64,000 nt of DNA from Octopus vulgaris (GCA_951406725.2 OX597815.1:82956001-83020000); one strand, 5' to 3'; shown: positions 1 to 13,186, numbered from the stretch's first letter. Numbers and translations: made by a program. The notes: a model not told the origin generated them from the sequence alone.

Positions 1-25
1 ACTATGTATGCACACACATTCGTTC

Positions 26-26
<1 letters not shown>

Positions 27-90
<64 letters not shown>
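27..90. repeat. (TCTA)n microsatellite, 5' flank of the Tx1 element
   Basis: Direct reading. Confidence 0.95.
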
Positions 91-91
<1 letters not shown>

Positions 92-2354
92 TAGACCAAT
101 CACGCTGCTCAATGCAGACCTGAAAATTTTGACAAAGGTGTTAGCCAAGAGGTTGGCGCTTGTCATCGAGAAACTGGTTGACAACGCACAAACGTGCGCC
201 GTGCCGGGCCGGAGCATCCATGACAACCTCCATCTGATGCGCTACATCATAGACAGGGTAGTTAACGAACCTGGCATGGGTGGGGCCCTGATCAACTTGG
301 ATCAATCGAAAGCCTTTGATAGGGTAGACCATCGATACTTGGAGGCAGTCCTGAGAGCGGCTGGTTTCGGTCCCGTCTTCCGCGGCTGGATAGCTGCCTT
401 GTACAGAGGCATCCGTTCGGTAATTCGCGTAAATGAACATCTATCGAGACCTTTCGACATTGCACGTTCGGTCCGTCAGGGATGCCCCTTCTCGGCGCTT
501 CTATACGTATTGACTCTTGAGCCACTACTGCGGAAGCTGGCGACTCTAAGGGGCATCCTGCGAGAATTGGGATCCGGGACGAGCGTGTCTGCATACGCGG
601 ACGACGTGACCTTCATAGTGTCAAGCCACGAGCACATCGAGCGGGTCGGCGAGACACTGAAAGACTACGAAGCGGTGACAGGAGCAAAAATCAACCGGGA
701 AAAGTCAGTGGGCTTGCGGCTCGGCACCTGGAGAAGCAAGCCAATGCCGTCCACCAGTACCTCCGTCGTGGGACGCTGGACAGACGGCCCGGTTGAGTTG
801 CTCGGGGTCTGGTTCGGTCCGGACCTCCAAATGGAGAAGAACTGGAACGAGATAACGAGTAGGGTGGTCACTCTCGCCCAGCAATGGGCCGAGAGGAAAC
901 TGTCCCTAAAAGGTCGGGCGGAGGTGGTGAACGCGTACATCGCGTCCATCATCTACTACCGCCTGACCGTCGTACCTTGTCCCGACCCTACCATCACCAA
1001 ACTAGAACGCATCCTCTTCCGCTTCTTGTGGAAAGGATGCGTCCCGATGGTCAGGCGATCCATTTGCTGTCAACACCCGTTAAAAGGAGGGCTGGGCATG
1101 CCGTGGTTGATGATGCGCAGACACGCGCTGAGACTGCGACATCTCCGGCTCTATGTAGACGACGGTGAACAGGTGTGGTCGCCGTTTGTGAGGCACGCAT
1201 TCCCGCAACTCGTCTCCATGACCGAACTACAGTCGTGGATCAAAAAGAGGCCGAGGAAGGGCGAATGGCACCGCGAGTGTCGCGTTGCTCTCAAGCAACT
1301 CTGCCGTCCCGGGTCGACCTTGAGTGACTTCAACACAACCAAAGCATTCTATAGGGGATTAGTGGAGGGGAGGTACGACGACGAGCTCGGGGCAAACCTG
1401 GGCGTCGACGAGGAATACCTGACCCGCCTGTTTGAAACGACTTTCGGGCCGGGACCTATGGACAACTTCCAGAGATCCCTGGCCTGGCGGTGCTACCGAG
1501 AAGCGCTACCCGTTCGGGATAAGCTCTATAGGCATGGCTCGAGAAACACGGGGCCGACCTGCCCGAGATGCGGTCAGAGCGACGAAACCGCTCTGCACGC
1601 AATCGTGCAGTGTCCAGCAATTTCCGACCTGTGGGCTTATGTTGAACGACTGCTGTCACGTGTGGGACGTGTCGGTTTATCAGCCGAGTCTATCGTTAAT
1701 ATCGTCACGCCTCCTTCCTTCAAACGGGAAGGAAGAGCTATTTTTATCATACTTGTGGCTATGGCGAAAGAATGTATCTGGTGGACGCGCCTGAAAGGAT
1801 TAGAGACAAACACTTTCCTCTCTGGTCAATCTCTCATCAACTTCTTCAAGTATCACTTGAAGAGGAAAGTGAGAGTAGAGAGGCAAGTTTTGTCTAGTGA
1901 ATGTTTTTTTAAAAAAGATGGGTGAATGTAGCAAGGATGGCACGTATGAATGACGAAGCCACCTTGACTATGATTCTATGAACCGTAAAAATTAATACAG
2001 AGAGTTGCTTATTTGCAAAAAAAAAAAAAGAAATATAACATGTGACTTCATTGACCGAGGTTACCGTGGTCTTTTCCGTAGGCTTTTCTTTCCACGGGTA
2101 AACCTCACCTGGTCTCCCCCTTTACACTTCATATTGACATTTCTGTGATAACGATCCCTATTGATCAATTTTTTTGCTCTCCCCCCACCTTTTTTTTTTT
2201 TATTAACCCCTCCCTTTTTTTTGTCCTCTTTCTTTCCTTTTACGATCCCTTTTGACCGAAAACCACCACTCCCTTTTTTTTACCCCCAAAAGAAAAGCTC
2301 TACCTTGTAATTTGTTCTATCTGTGTGCAGCCCTGTGTGGCTAATAAAGAAACA

Positions 2355-2355
<1 letters not shown>
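91..2355 (+). mobile_element. 5'-truncated Tx1/L1-group non-LTR retrotransposon inserted in a (TCTA)n microsatellite
   Basis: Starts in frame at RPITLLNADLKIL (93) directly after (TCTA)n. Contains an RT ORF, a pyrimidine-rich 3' UTR and AATAAA at 2343-2348; (TCTA)n resumes at about 2356. Confidence 0.9.
129..1925 (+). CDS. ORF2 C-terminal part: reverse transcriptase plus CCHC zinc knuckle (N-terminally truncated, no true start)
   Basis: Motifs LDQSKAFDRVDH, VRQGCPFS, AYADD, KGGLG and CPRC-x8-H-x4-C. Probable frameshift in the T/A run near 1905-1916; the homologous C-terminus continues RWVNVARM to about 1981. Confidence 0.88.
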   Translation: MTKVLAKRLALVIEKLVDNAQTCAVPGRSIHDNLHLMRYIIDRVVNEPGMGGALINLDQSKAFDRVDHRYLEAVLRAAGFGPVFRGWIAALYRGIRSVIRVNEHLSRPFDIARSVRQGCPFSALLYVLTLEPLLRKLATLRGILRELGSGTSVSAYADDVTFIVSSHEHIERVGETLKDYEAVTGAKINREKSVGLRLGTWRSKPMPSTSTSVVGRWTDGPVELLGVWFGPDLQMEKNWNEITSRVVTLAQQWAERKLSLKGRAEVVNAYIASIIYYRLTVVPCPDPTITKLERILFRFLWKGCVPMVRRSICCQHPLKGGLGMPWLMMRRHALRLRHLRLYVDDGEQVWSPFVRHAFPQLVSMTELQSWIKKRPRKGEWHRECRVALKQLCRPGSTLSDFNTTKAFYRGLVEGRYDDELGANLGVDEEYLTRLFETTFGPGPMDNFQRSLAWRCYREALPVRDKLYRHGSRNTGPTCPRCGQSDETALHAIVQCPAISDLWAYVERLLSRVGRVGLSAESIVNIVTPPSFKREGRAIFIILVAMAKECIWWTRLKGLETNTFLSGQSLINFFKYHLKRKVRVERQVLSSECFFKKDG

Positions 2356-2440
<85 letters not shown>

Positions 2441-3237
2441 TGATATACATGATAGTTATTAGGACGTACTACATAGTATATATATGTACTATATGTATAT
2501 AAATACATATACATATTCACGTGTGTGTGTGTGTATTATATATGTATTTACATAGGTGTACCGCCATGTTTGCACCAACATGCATCCGTGTATTTCGATA
2601 CAGGCAAATGTATTTATATATATGTGTGTGTGTGTGTTTCTGAGTCTGCGTGTGTGTGCGCATTCGCGCGTGTATCAAATATGCACGCACACAGAAATGA
2701 ACGTGGGCGTATACGGGTGCCTGTGTCTATGCATGTGTGAGTGTGTTTGTGTTTACGAATTCACAGACCCGAAAATATAATCATAGAAGATTCGTAACCT
2801 TCGTCACATGTACATTAATATCTAACTAAATAGGCTTTGACTGATATGCATAGAAGTGACATAGGTAAGTAATTAGCAAGCCAGGTGAGGAGAAAGACAA
2901 GCAGACAAAAATGAATAGTTGTTAGGAAAAGTAAACAAAAAAACAACAAATGCTACGCAGTTACAACATTCTAAGTTAAGTAACCGTATATAATATGACG
3001 TATTATCTTATGATTAATGTAAGGTATGACCGAATAGAGGTGGGGAAGCGACCTCTTAGAACTGATCTGTGAGCTTGTAATCAAGTTTAACTGAGAGATT
3101 TCGATCTGGAGTTAGAAAAACATAATACAAGCTGCATGCATTTTGGCGGGGTGTGTCTCTCAATCATGCATATATATAGATAGTTGAAGGAACAGTAAGC
3201 AGGTGTATTAATTTAACACTCGGGAAAAATGGAAAAG

Positions 3238-3275
3238 TCTTTTACGTTTCGTGCCTACGCTGTTCGACAGAAAGG
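3238..3275 (-). ncRNA. Minimal type I hammerhead-like motif (CUGUNGA family) in a Penelope-like pLTR remnant
   Basis: Minus strand: cttt CTGTCGA acagcgtaggcac GAAAC GTA aaag. Stem II is decayed; homologous to 32344, 42655 and 56561. Confidence 0.5.
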
Positions 3276-3312
3276 AATGAGGAAAAATTGGAGAGAATAT
3301 ATATTGCATATG

Positions 3313-3343
<31 letters not shown>

Positions 3344-3404
3344 TCATGCACTTAAGGTTTATCATCATATCAGTGAAATACTATACATACATATACATAC
3401 ATAA

Positions 3405-3475
<71 letters not shown>

Positions 3476-3518
3476 CATATATACATATATATAGAACGTT
3501 GAATAGTAACACACGAGT

Positions 3519-3557
<39 letters not shown>

Positions 3558-3689
3558 AGAGTATGTATATTTGATTCATAACACATATGCATATGTATGT
3601 ACATATACATAGATACACTCACATATAGATATATATGTGTGTGTGTATGTAGATCTATCTATCTCTCTATCTATCTCTCTATCTATCTC

Positions 3690-3747
<58 letters not shown>

Positions 3748-3761
3748 AATCTATCTATCTA

Positions 3762-3798
<37 letters not shown>

Positions 3799-5816
3799 AT
3801 GTGCCAGGATGTATGTACATCAGTAATAGTTAGATTGCAATTGAAAAATACAGAAATCTGAAAAATAATCATTAAAAGAAATGTGAACGTGCAAGAAAAC
3901 AATGAATGAGAGAGAACGAAAGAAAATTTCATGGAGGTAATGAAAGAGAAATTGATTTAAGGAATGAATAAATGAATGGATGGAAAAATGGAATACGGAA
4001 TGGCAAAAAAGAAGAAAGGAAGGCAGGAAGGAAGAGAGGAAGAATCAATGGATAAACGAATGATAGGGACAGAGCAAGAGAGTAAGAAAACAGTACAAAT
4101 AAAGAAACCATCCAAAACAATACAGAAAGGAAAAGAAAAAAACACCATTGATGTACAAACAGAACAATGACTACGTTGACTGCATTGATAACGAAAGAAA
4201 AGAAGAAAGTGGTGAAGAAAGAAATATAAGTTACTTAGAAATATATCTAAACAAGAAAGACGTAAGCTTATGAATAATTAAAGAAAGAAAGAAAGAAAAA
4301 ATAACGAAAGAAAGAAAGACACAATTATATAATTATGGAAAGAAGGAAAGTATGATTAAGAAATACGAAGGAGAGGAGAAGAAAAGATAGATAGAATGAA
4401 TGCAAGTGAAACAGAAGTAAATGGACCGACCAAGATCGAGTGCTTTAGAAAACTCTCAATTAGTCCACTTACTTAGAGGAATATTATTGCTCTTAGTGGT
4501 TGACATTGTTGTTGTGATTTATAATGTTGTTGGTGCTAATGATGATGATGATGATGATGATGTTGGTTAGTGGTTGGGGGCGGAAGAGAATTGAAGGAGG
4601 CTCAGTGATGTTGCTGTTTGTTAAGAATCTCTCAATTACCTAAATGTTCCAAAGCTCCTTCATTTTTGCTGTCGTCATTCGAATTGGTGTTTTTGTTTTC
4701 ATGAAACTAGTAATACTTTTGAGAGAGGAAAAAAAGTGAAAATCATTTTAACAAGAATAATACTAAAAATAGTCATAATGATTACAAAAACTCAGTGAAA
4801 TGGGTAACTGCTTCACACTCACTTACACACACAGGTACATAATCAGATGTCTCTGTGTGTCCGTGCGTGTGTACAGAGAGAGAGAGAGAGGGGGGGGGTA
4901 TACAAGAGGGAACAAGATAGTTTGAGGGGAGCCAAAGACAATGGAGTAAAAATAGATCGAGAAACGCACTAATGACACACAAAAACGAAGACATTATAAT
5001 GTTTTCTCTGTATAGTTAAAAAGAAGCGAGGAGAAGAAAAGAAAACTCTTCAGAAAATACAGGCAGAACATATAAACATGATGATTACAGCAAAGATAGC
5101 TACAGCAAATAATATGAACAACAACAATAACAACGAACGATAACAATGTCTAAAAACAAGACTCTACGACGAAAATAGAAAGGATGAGTAAAAATAACAA
5201 TAACGAAACTATACAAACACCAAGAATAAACAAAGAAAAGGAGAAAAAACTCAAGAATAGGCTACCTCTCATGTTTTCAAGAAAAATAAAAGGATTATTT
5301 CATTATAGAAACAATGGTGTGTGTAGATAACAGTGTATAAAGTATATAGACATAGCGGTTAACGAATGCAATAAAGATAATATAATTACAAAAAACATAC
5401 GCGGGATAAAACGAAAAAATATTGACGTAGAATGAGAAGGCCGATTGTTCTTCGGAAAATGTACGAACATAAGGAATTTGATGGAAGATTATTGGTGGAC
5501 AAATGATTTGCTCAGTCATAAGTTTCATGCTATTCTTGTTGTTTAGTCCAATATCATTATGATATGTATGAAAGGCGCTTCAAATTTGACCATCTCGTCT
5601 TTGCGTATGTTTAATATCGAAATTTTCTGTTTTCATTTATGGATGCAAAATATGATTTGTAACGAGAATTGGTTGCTTAGTATAACAGGTCAAGTAGCTA
5701 TGTAAAAACTACATATTTGGTTTAAGTGCACTTTTGCATAATACACACACGTGCGCGATCTCCCTCCCTCTCTCTCTCTCTCTCTTTGTCACACACACAC
5801 ACACACATATATATAG

Positions 5817-6041
5817 GCGGCGAGCTGGCAGAAACGTTAGCACGCCAGGCAAAATGCGTAGCCATATTTTGTCTGTCGTTACGTTCCGAGTTCAAATTCC
5901 GCCGAGGTCGACTTTGCCTTTCATCCTTTCGGGGTCGATAAATTAAGTACCAGTTACGCACCGGGATCGATGTAATCGAATTAATCCGTTTGTCTGTCCT
6001 TGTTTGTCCCCTCTGTGTTTAGCCTCTTGTGGGTAGTAAAG

Positions 6042-6046
<5 letters not shown>
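5817..6046 (+). mobile_element. tRNA-derived SINE with Nin/Deu-like central domain and Tx1-like tail
   Basis: A-box-like GAGCTGGCAGAA, B-box GAGTTCAAATTCC, core TCATCCTTTCGGGGTCGATAAATTAAGTACCAG, (TA)n flanks, several related copies in the window. Confidence 0.85.
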
Positions 6047-6076
<30 letters not shown>

Positions 6077-6089
<13 letters not shown>

Positions 6090-6410
6090 TTAGAGACAAA
6101 ACCACTATTTTGTAAATCAAACGAGGAAATACTTAATCAATACATAAAAAAATTTTAATATAAAGTAAATAAATCGCCACTACAATTGTTTCCTGTCTTC
6201 AAATGACATTCATCAGGTGGATTTCATATCTTCCATTCAATTTAAATTGAATGGAAGATATGAAATCCACCTGATGAATGTCATTTGAAGACAGGAAACA
6301 ATTGTAGTGGCGATTTATTTACTTTATATTAAATTTTTTTTATGTATTGATTAAGTCTTTCCTCGTTTGATTTACAAAATAGTGGTTTTGTCTCTAATTA
6401 ATATTATATA
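6077..6410. repeat. Near-perfect ~334-bp palindrome with no spacer (Penelope-like inverted pLTR remnant)
   Basis: Centre TTCAATTT|AAATTGAA at 6243/6244; I see two mismatches between the arms. Confidence 0.93.
6267..6310 (+). ncRNA. Minimal type I hammerhead ribozyme (mirror copy at 6177-6220 on the minus strand)
   Basis: ccac CTGATGA a-tgtc-atttgaa-gaca-g GAAAC aatt GTA gtgg. Palindromic stem III ACAATTGT; predicted cleavage after 6306. Confidence 0.85.
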
Positions 6411-6487
6411 ATATTTTACTATAAAATTGGATTCAATCCTAAATCTGATTTTTCCCTGTAAATTTGGATTTATTCCCTAATATTTTA

Positions 6488-6532
<45 letters not shown>

Positions 6533-6822
6533 AGCATGTAAATAGACGCACACAAGCACAGACACACAAATGCAGACACACACACAAATGCAGACGCACA
6601 CATATATGTATATGTATATATACGCAAATATACATACCTATACACATGTACCCACATATTCACGCGGTCACACGATCCGTACGCACACGCACATCTTCAA
6701 GCGGTCACTATGTGGAAGTATGTCACCGTCTAATGCCAAAACACCTGGCTATCGCCAGCTTTAATCGGTCCTCAAGGTACTGTCGTATGTTTCATGCTAA
6801 TAATAGTAATGCAACTGAATAA

Positions 6823-6985
6823 GGCAGCGAGCTGGCAGACTCGTTAGTACTCCTAGCAAAATGCTTAGCGGATTTTCAAATTCTGCCGAGTTCGAAGGTC
6901 AATAAAATTAGTAGCAGTTGAGTACTGGATCGATGTAATCGACTTATTCCCTCTCCCGAAAATTTCTGGCTTTGTGACAGAATTT
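6823..6985 (+). mobile_element. Decayed Nin-type SINE copy (alternative tail)
   Basis: GGCAGCGAGCTGGCAGA head and GATCGATGTAATCGACT, similar to the 5817 copy with internal deletions. Confidence 0.7.
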
Positions 6986-7692
6986 CTAGCCAAAATTAAT
7001 GCACCTGAAAGCTTGTCGTTCTCTAGTATGCAACGGAAGTCCCCAAAATATAATATATGTCCTTCACCGTACCCTCTCTCTCAATCCTCCTCCTCGACTC
7101 TCTCGTCGCTAACAAGTGATGAGAGGGAAGCCATCATTCCGACTACTACCTTCGCAAAGACTAAACGGGCATATCCTGTCTCTTCATAAGCCCGTCTCCT
7201 TAAACGCTCAGAATAATTTTTCCATTGTCTTGGCTTAATAGCCCTCATCGTTTGTTTTTACTGTTTTGTTTTTACTGTTTTACTGTTTTTACTGTTTTGT
7301 TCTCCTTGTTCTGTTCTTGTTACCACTTTTTATAGTTTTTATTGTTTTGTTCTCACTGTCCTGTTCTTGTTACCACTTTCACCCTCCGCAAAAAATCCCA
7401 AATTTTATTTAATTTCCTTTGCGGAAAGGACTGTTTCAACAAAGTCGCGTCTTGTCCTTACCCTCGTTACGCGGAGTAGATGAAACAGGGACAACTGAAG
7501 AAGGAGAATATTCTATATAGTGTATGTCTCGTATCTCTATATTTTACGTTGTTTGAAAAAGATTTCGTTTCTATGTTTTGGTTTTTCATTGTGTTCAACG
7601 TTTTTGATGTCCTGTACCCATATATGAATGTATATATACATATATATGTAGGTATGTATATATATGTATGTATATATGCATATATTTATATT

Positions 7693-7752
<60 letters not shown>

Positions 7753-7939
7753 CGAGCTAATATATATGTACATACAGACTCACACACGCGCACACACAAA
7801 CATGAACACGCTCACAAACACAAACACATGCGCACACACGCCCACACATACACATATAACGATATACCAGACAGATCAAAATTCCTGCCCGAACTATAGG
7901 TTCAAAGAGAGGACGAGATGGTGGTCTTGAACGGGATGT

Positions 7940-8110
7940 TGGTCCTGGACGGGATGGTGCTCTTCGCAGGATTACTCATTTTTTCCAGCTGAGTGAACTG
8001 GGCCAATGCCTAACGTGGTGTTTTACTCAAGAACGCAAAACTTCTTCCGCCAGGAACCAAGGCCTTAATCTGACGATCATGAGTGGGACATCCTAAACAT
8101 TAAGCCACGC
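7940..8110 (-). mobile_element. Decayed tRNA-derived SINE, same family as 61305-61545
   Basis: Shares TTACTCATTTT.CCAGCTG.GTG.ACTGG and CTCAAGAAC.CAA with the 61305 copy. Confidence 0.6.
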
Positions 8111-8115
8111 CATTC

Positions 8116-8181
<66 letters not shown>

Positions 8182-9201
8182 TACACACATACAAACACAC
8201 ACACATGCAAACACATACACACACACGCAGACACGTACACACACATATATGTTAGAGTGAGAAATGAGACTTCATACATGTCACACCGTGATTCTAATAT
8301 CCGATCTCCAGTCAATATTTCGGAAGTGAGAATTTTGTAGAAACGATTTGTGTCGTTCGAAGGTAACTTAGTTCTTATATCTAACAGGTGGAACGGCTGC
8401 ACAGATGTTGCATGGCTCGGTTCTAAGTATCTGTTATTACTTGATTGTTTGCATATGCAAGTATGTATGTAAATGTTTTGGGGTATGTTTGTGCTATCCG
8501 GTGTTTATATAACACGAAGTGTGTGTATTTATGTGCACGTGTTCATTTATTCACATATATATTATATATCGTTTGAGCTATTCAAATTCCACATACACGC
8601 CCTGGCGTGTGTGCATAAGAATGCGCATGTGTCAGCGTGCTTACTGTTGAGTGCATATGTGTTTCTATGTGCACTAGTTTATTCATCTGTGGGTGTGCAT
8701 CTCGGAAAATGTAATTAGTCTGTGACAATTTAATAAACTCGTGAAATATAATAGTAATCAGTTTTAAAAATTGTACTTGTTCAAGGGAATATGTTTAATT
8801 ATGATTTTAAATACAAATAAAGTTGGAAATGACAACAACAGCAGCCACTGTACCAATAATATTCAAGATGATAGTACCATTAATGATAAAAATAATAAAA
8901 TAGCCAAATGTAGACATGATGATCATCATCATCATAATTACGACGACGATAGCGAAGACGAGGATGATGGATACGACTACGATGATGACGAAGATGATGA
9001 TGATTATGATGGTAGTAATGATAATGATTTCTAATAAAAAAAAAACAAACATCAGCTGTAGCAGCGGCAACAATAGCAACAACAATATTTTGTTTATAGG
9101 CCGCATGCGCGGTATATAAAATGCAAAACGTGTCATGCAAAATCTGTTATACTAGTTGAAATGTGTATCCATATTAAACCCGTGTTACGGTTTATCCCTT
9201 T

Positions 9202-9293
<92 letters not shown>

Positions 9294-9310
9294 CCTATCT
9301 ACCTATCTAT

Positions 9311-9341
<31 letters not shown>

Positions 9342-11258
9342 CATATCTATCTACATATCTATCTGTCTGTCTGTCTATCTATCCCCCCTCTCGCTCTCTC
9401 TCTCTCACACAGTGTATACACACAGACACGCACACACACGCACACACGCACACGCACACACACACACACATATAAATGTCAGTGCAATTCAGTATTTTGC
9501 CATTACAAATTACAGACAGCAACTATAGAAAACCGTTAATGAAAAGGGATAAGATGTCGTCAAGGTAGTAAGCGGGTATCTTCTTCAGGAAACTGAATTC
9601 CTAGACATTTCTACGAGTGTATTTGAGTTTAAATGGTTATAAAATATCCATATGCTTTGGGGAGTGGTTTGTTATCTGTATGCAGGCTTGAGATGTTCTA
9701 ATTGCAATTAGTCACTTTTGTGCATGAAATAATCGTTCTTATCTCCTTTTCAATCAGCACGATTGACTTTCAGGTCAATCTGCCACTCCATAAAGAATTT
9801 TCCGATTCGAACGACAATGAAGTTAGGGTTTTCACTAAGGAAACATGAGTTTCTATTTACGAGTGATTTATAGGCATTTACTTGCGTTAAGTCTGCTCTC
9901 AGTCTTTCTGTGAGTCCTTCACTCCAACTATTCTTGGTGTTTTCGACAGCCTTCCATTTCTTCAGGATCATATTTTTTCCTTTCACCACAAAGACTTGGA
10001 GTGGAAATGTCAATAGAAAATTTTTCCTGAATCTGTGCAGGAGTTAGAGATCCAAATGCCACTATAGATTATATGATCTTGTTTGTCTCTAATTTTGCCC
10101 TAGCAAACATTCGGACTTCAACTGTTAATGCTATGAAAAAAAAAAACATAAGCGTCAATTTTCACATCGTATTCCTGTAATTATCGCTGCATCTGACTAA
10201 TGTTAGCCTCCCCTCTTCATTCATCTATTCTCTTCTGTCGGTCATTTCCTCCTAACGTGTATCAATTGATTACTATGTCATGCTCCATGAGCCTGGTGGA
10301 TTTCTCTCCTATCATTCGATAGGGATGGAACTCCAAATCAGCCGTGTGATTTTCAATTGTCATCAGGACTATGAGCTCCCTGCAGAACCTACTCGACCGT
10401 GAATAGTTTTGCTCCCTTTCAGTTCTCCTCATTAGCTCATACATTTCAAAATGAAGGATATCTATAGCTTAACTTCACTTTTAACATTACCCTGACTTTG
10501 ATCTTTACATTTCCTTTCCTCGTGTACGACGCTCCTGACTTTGATCAGTTGTATGACTACCATTTCAGTATGTCTCCTAACATGAACTCATCTTCGGTAT
10601 CAGAATGATGTTCTCGTTCTCATATTCTGCCACAACGCATAAATATGCTACTTTTCAATTTGTTTACACTTTTATAACAAAAACTTTGTGTCAAGAAATA
10701 CTGTTTATTTATATATACTATATACTTCCTCGGTATTTTTTCATTTTATTCAAGCTTGTTCAGATCAAGGTATTCTTGAACAGTTACAATGTCAGCAAAT
10801 TTTAATATTTTAAGTCTTTGGTATTATTTCGTTTATCAATAGTACTTCCGTTCAATGTAAGTTAATACTGTAAATGACTATGTAAAACATAGTTTGCATG
10901 ACATACACATTTATAAATTGCCACGTCGATTTTTTAAATCTAATTTCGTACTTGTAAAATTTCACTTAGTTGATTTTCGATATAAGCTACATTTCTTTGA
11001 TGTAGGCCCTTTTAAAAATATGAACATAATGCACTTTGTTCTAGAAATATTTCCAATCAAAGAAACTGATCAAAACTAACAAAAAGAATTTTAGTCTTAT
11101 GAAAACAAAGCATTGGCTCCAAAGCTCCAGTTCTTAGTATAGCAGAGTGAGAAACGAATAAAAAACTTTTCTTTCATGAAGTAATCCGAAAAGTAATTAC
11201 TATATAAGCAGAGTAATGCTTTAATCCACGCATAACAAATTGCACCATTTTCTTTTTA

Positions 11259-11595
11259 AGGTAGCGAGCTGACAGAATCGTCAGCAGTCCGAAATAAATG
11301 CTTAGCAACTTTCTTCACGCTTTATATTTTGAGTTGAATTCCGACCGATGTCGACTTTAACTTTCATACTCTCGACGTTGATAAAATAAGTTCTAGTCGA
11401 GCATTGGTGTCGATGCAATTGGCTTGCCCTCCCTAACGAGTAAAAAAAAAGAATCAATGAAGCCATTCCGCCTTTAGTAGAAATAATTGTTATGATTATT
11501 GAAAGGCGGTTGGATGACAAAATGGTCAGGATGCTGGAAAATGCTTAGTGGCATTTCGTCCGGGCTTACGTTCTGAGTTCAAATTCCAGCGAAAC
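11259..11595 (+). mobile_element. Decayed Nin-type SINE followed by a second SINE head
   Basis: GGTAGCGAGCTGACAGAATCG...GTCGACTTT...GATAAAATAAGT, then TTACGTTCTGAGTTCAAATTCC. Confidence 0.6.
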
Positions 11596-12129
11596 TGAAC
11601 GTGTTTTCGACACTCTGTGATACTAGTTTTCCTTTCTAAAAATCTGTTTTTGCTTGTTTTTACTGTTTTACCTAGTTTATTACTTGACCAGAACCTTAAG
11701 GTATGGACACGCTATTTTGTTACTTAACCATCAGTGCAAACTTTTACAAGAGAGAAAATTTTCGAAGCATAGAAAGCATTTTCTCCACTAGGCTTGTATT
11801 GTCGAAACCTTAGCCCCATACTATATAATATACATTGTGATATGTGTCTAAAAATACTTTTTCCTATTCCTTCATCAGCAGAATGTGGAAGCCTAACGTC
11901 GCCTCCAGAGAGAAGCAGTTATGTTACTCTTCACTCTCTTTTTGATGAACACTTCAAAGAAATACGCGTAGTCTCTCATGACGTACCTCACATAACCTAG
12001 CTACTTTTTCAATTCATTTCCTCGTTGAATCTGCCATATTTAGCAACATTTACCAAAATATGTCTGTCATAGAGAAATCTGAAATAACCAAATAAAAAAA
12101 CAGCAAAGTGCAACTTATAGAACTGCATG

Positions 12130-13000
12130 TGGTACATTACATATGAAAGAAGTACAAAACGGACATGAAGAAGAATTATGCAAGAAGTGACTACACAATC
12201 AAGTCCATGTAGCCACAGCAGAAATTGGTGGAAAATAGGTGGGACTGGATGATGAAACGAACCCTAAAAGAAGAGACCGATAGTACTACACTGGCAGCAC
12301 AGGACCAAGCTTTGGCCACGAACTGGAGGGTCAACCATAGGAATGTGCCGCATCTGCAATGGAGTGGATGAAACCATTGCCCATATCACGAACGAATGCC
12401 CTAAGCTTGCCCAAGACCACTAGAAGTTGTGGTGACACGACCAGGTAGCGAAGGTGCTGCATGGGAAACTGTGAGGGCTAGAGAGAGGCAAGGCGTGGTA
12501 TGAGCACAAACCGCAGAGAAAGGCGGAATCGGGTGCTAGCAAAATCTAGGATTTCCCAAACCAAACAGATCAGGTGCCTGAGCATAACAGACCAGACCTA
12601 ATAGTGGTGGACAAGGTGCACCACATATGCTATATAGTTGATGGTGCGTGCGTCTTTGACCCACGAATAGTCAGGAAAGAAAACGAAAAGATAGTTAGAT
12701 GCAACTCTTTTAAGTACGAAATAACCCGGCTATGGAAAATGAAGAATGTGAAGATAGTGCCAATTGTTGCTGGGTCCTTGGGAATAATATCAGAAGGCAT
12801 CAAGAGGACTATCAAGACAATTGGAATAGAAAGACCAGTAGAACCTATACAAAAGGTTTGTCTCCTTTGCACGGCCAGAATAATCAGGAAAATGTTAGAT
12901 AGCTGAAAACAACGAAGAGCATGTTACTGTAGGTTGCAGCTATTAAAATCGCTACGCATGCAAGTCACCAGGAGCTCCAACAAAACCTGTGAAAAGTGAA
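12130..13000 (+). mobile_element. Decayed R4/Dong-type LINE 3' part (zinc knuckle plus restriction-like endonuclease)
   Basis: LKEET...AAQDQAL, CRIC...ETIAHI..EC, HDQVA, HNRPDLIVVD...KIVPIVAGSLG...RIIRKML; ends in (TAA)n. Confidence 0.8.

Positions 13001-13186
<186 letters not shown>

Noticed and set aside
5817-5900. tRNA genes suggested by A/B boxes (also at 21079 and 61470)
   Set aside because: No complete cloverleaf; they continue into SINE bodies and are multi-copy.
8771-9136. Asp-rich or Ile-rich ORFs, and the many YI/CV/HT/LSIY-repeat ORFs across the window
   Set aside because: They are translations of (GAT)n, (TA)n, (CA)n, (GA)n and (TCTA)n microsatellites.
11750-11885. Minus-strand CTGATGA...long hairpin...GAAAATTTTC possible hammerhead
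   Set aside because: Stem I cannot form; at best a decayed copy.
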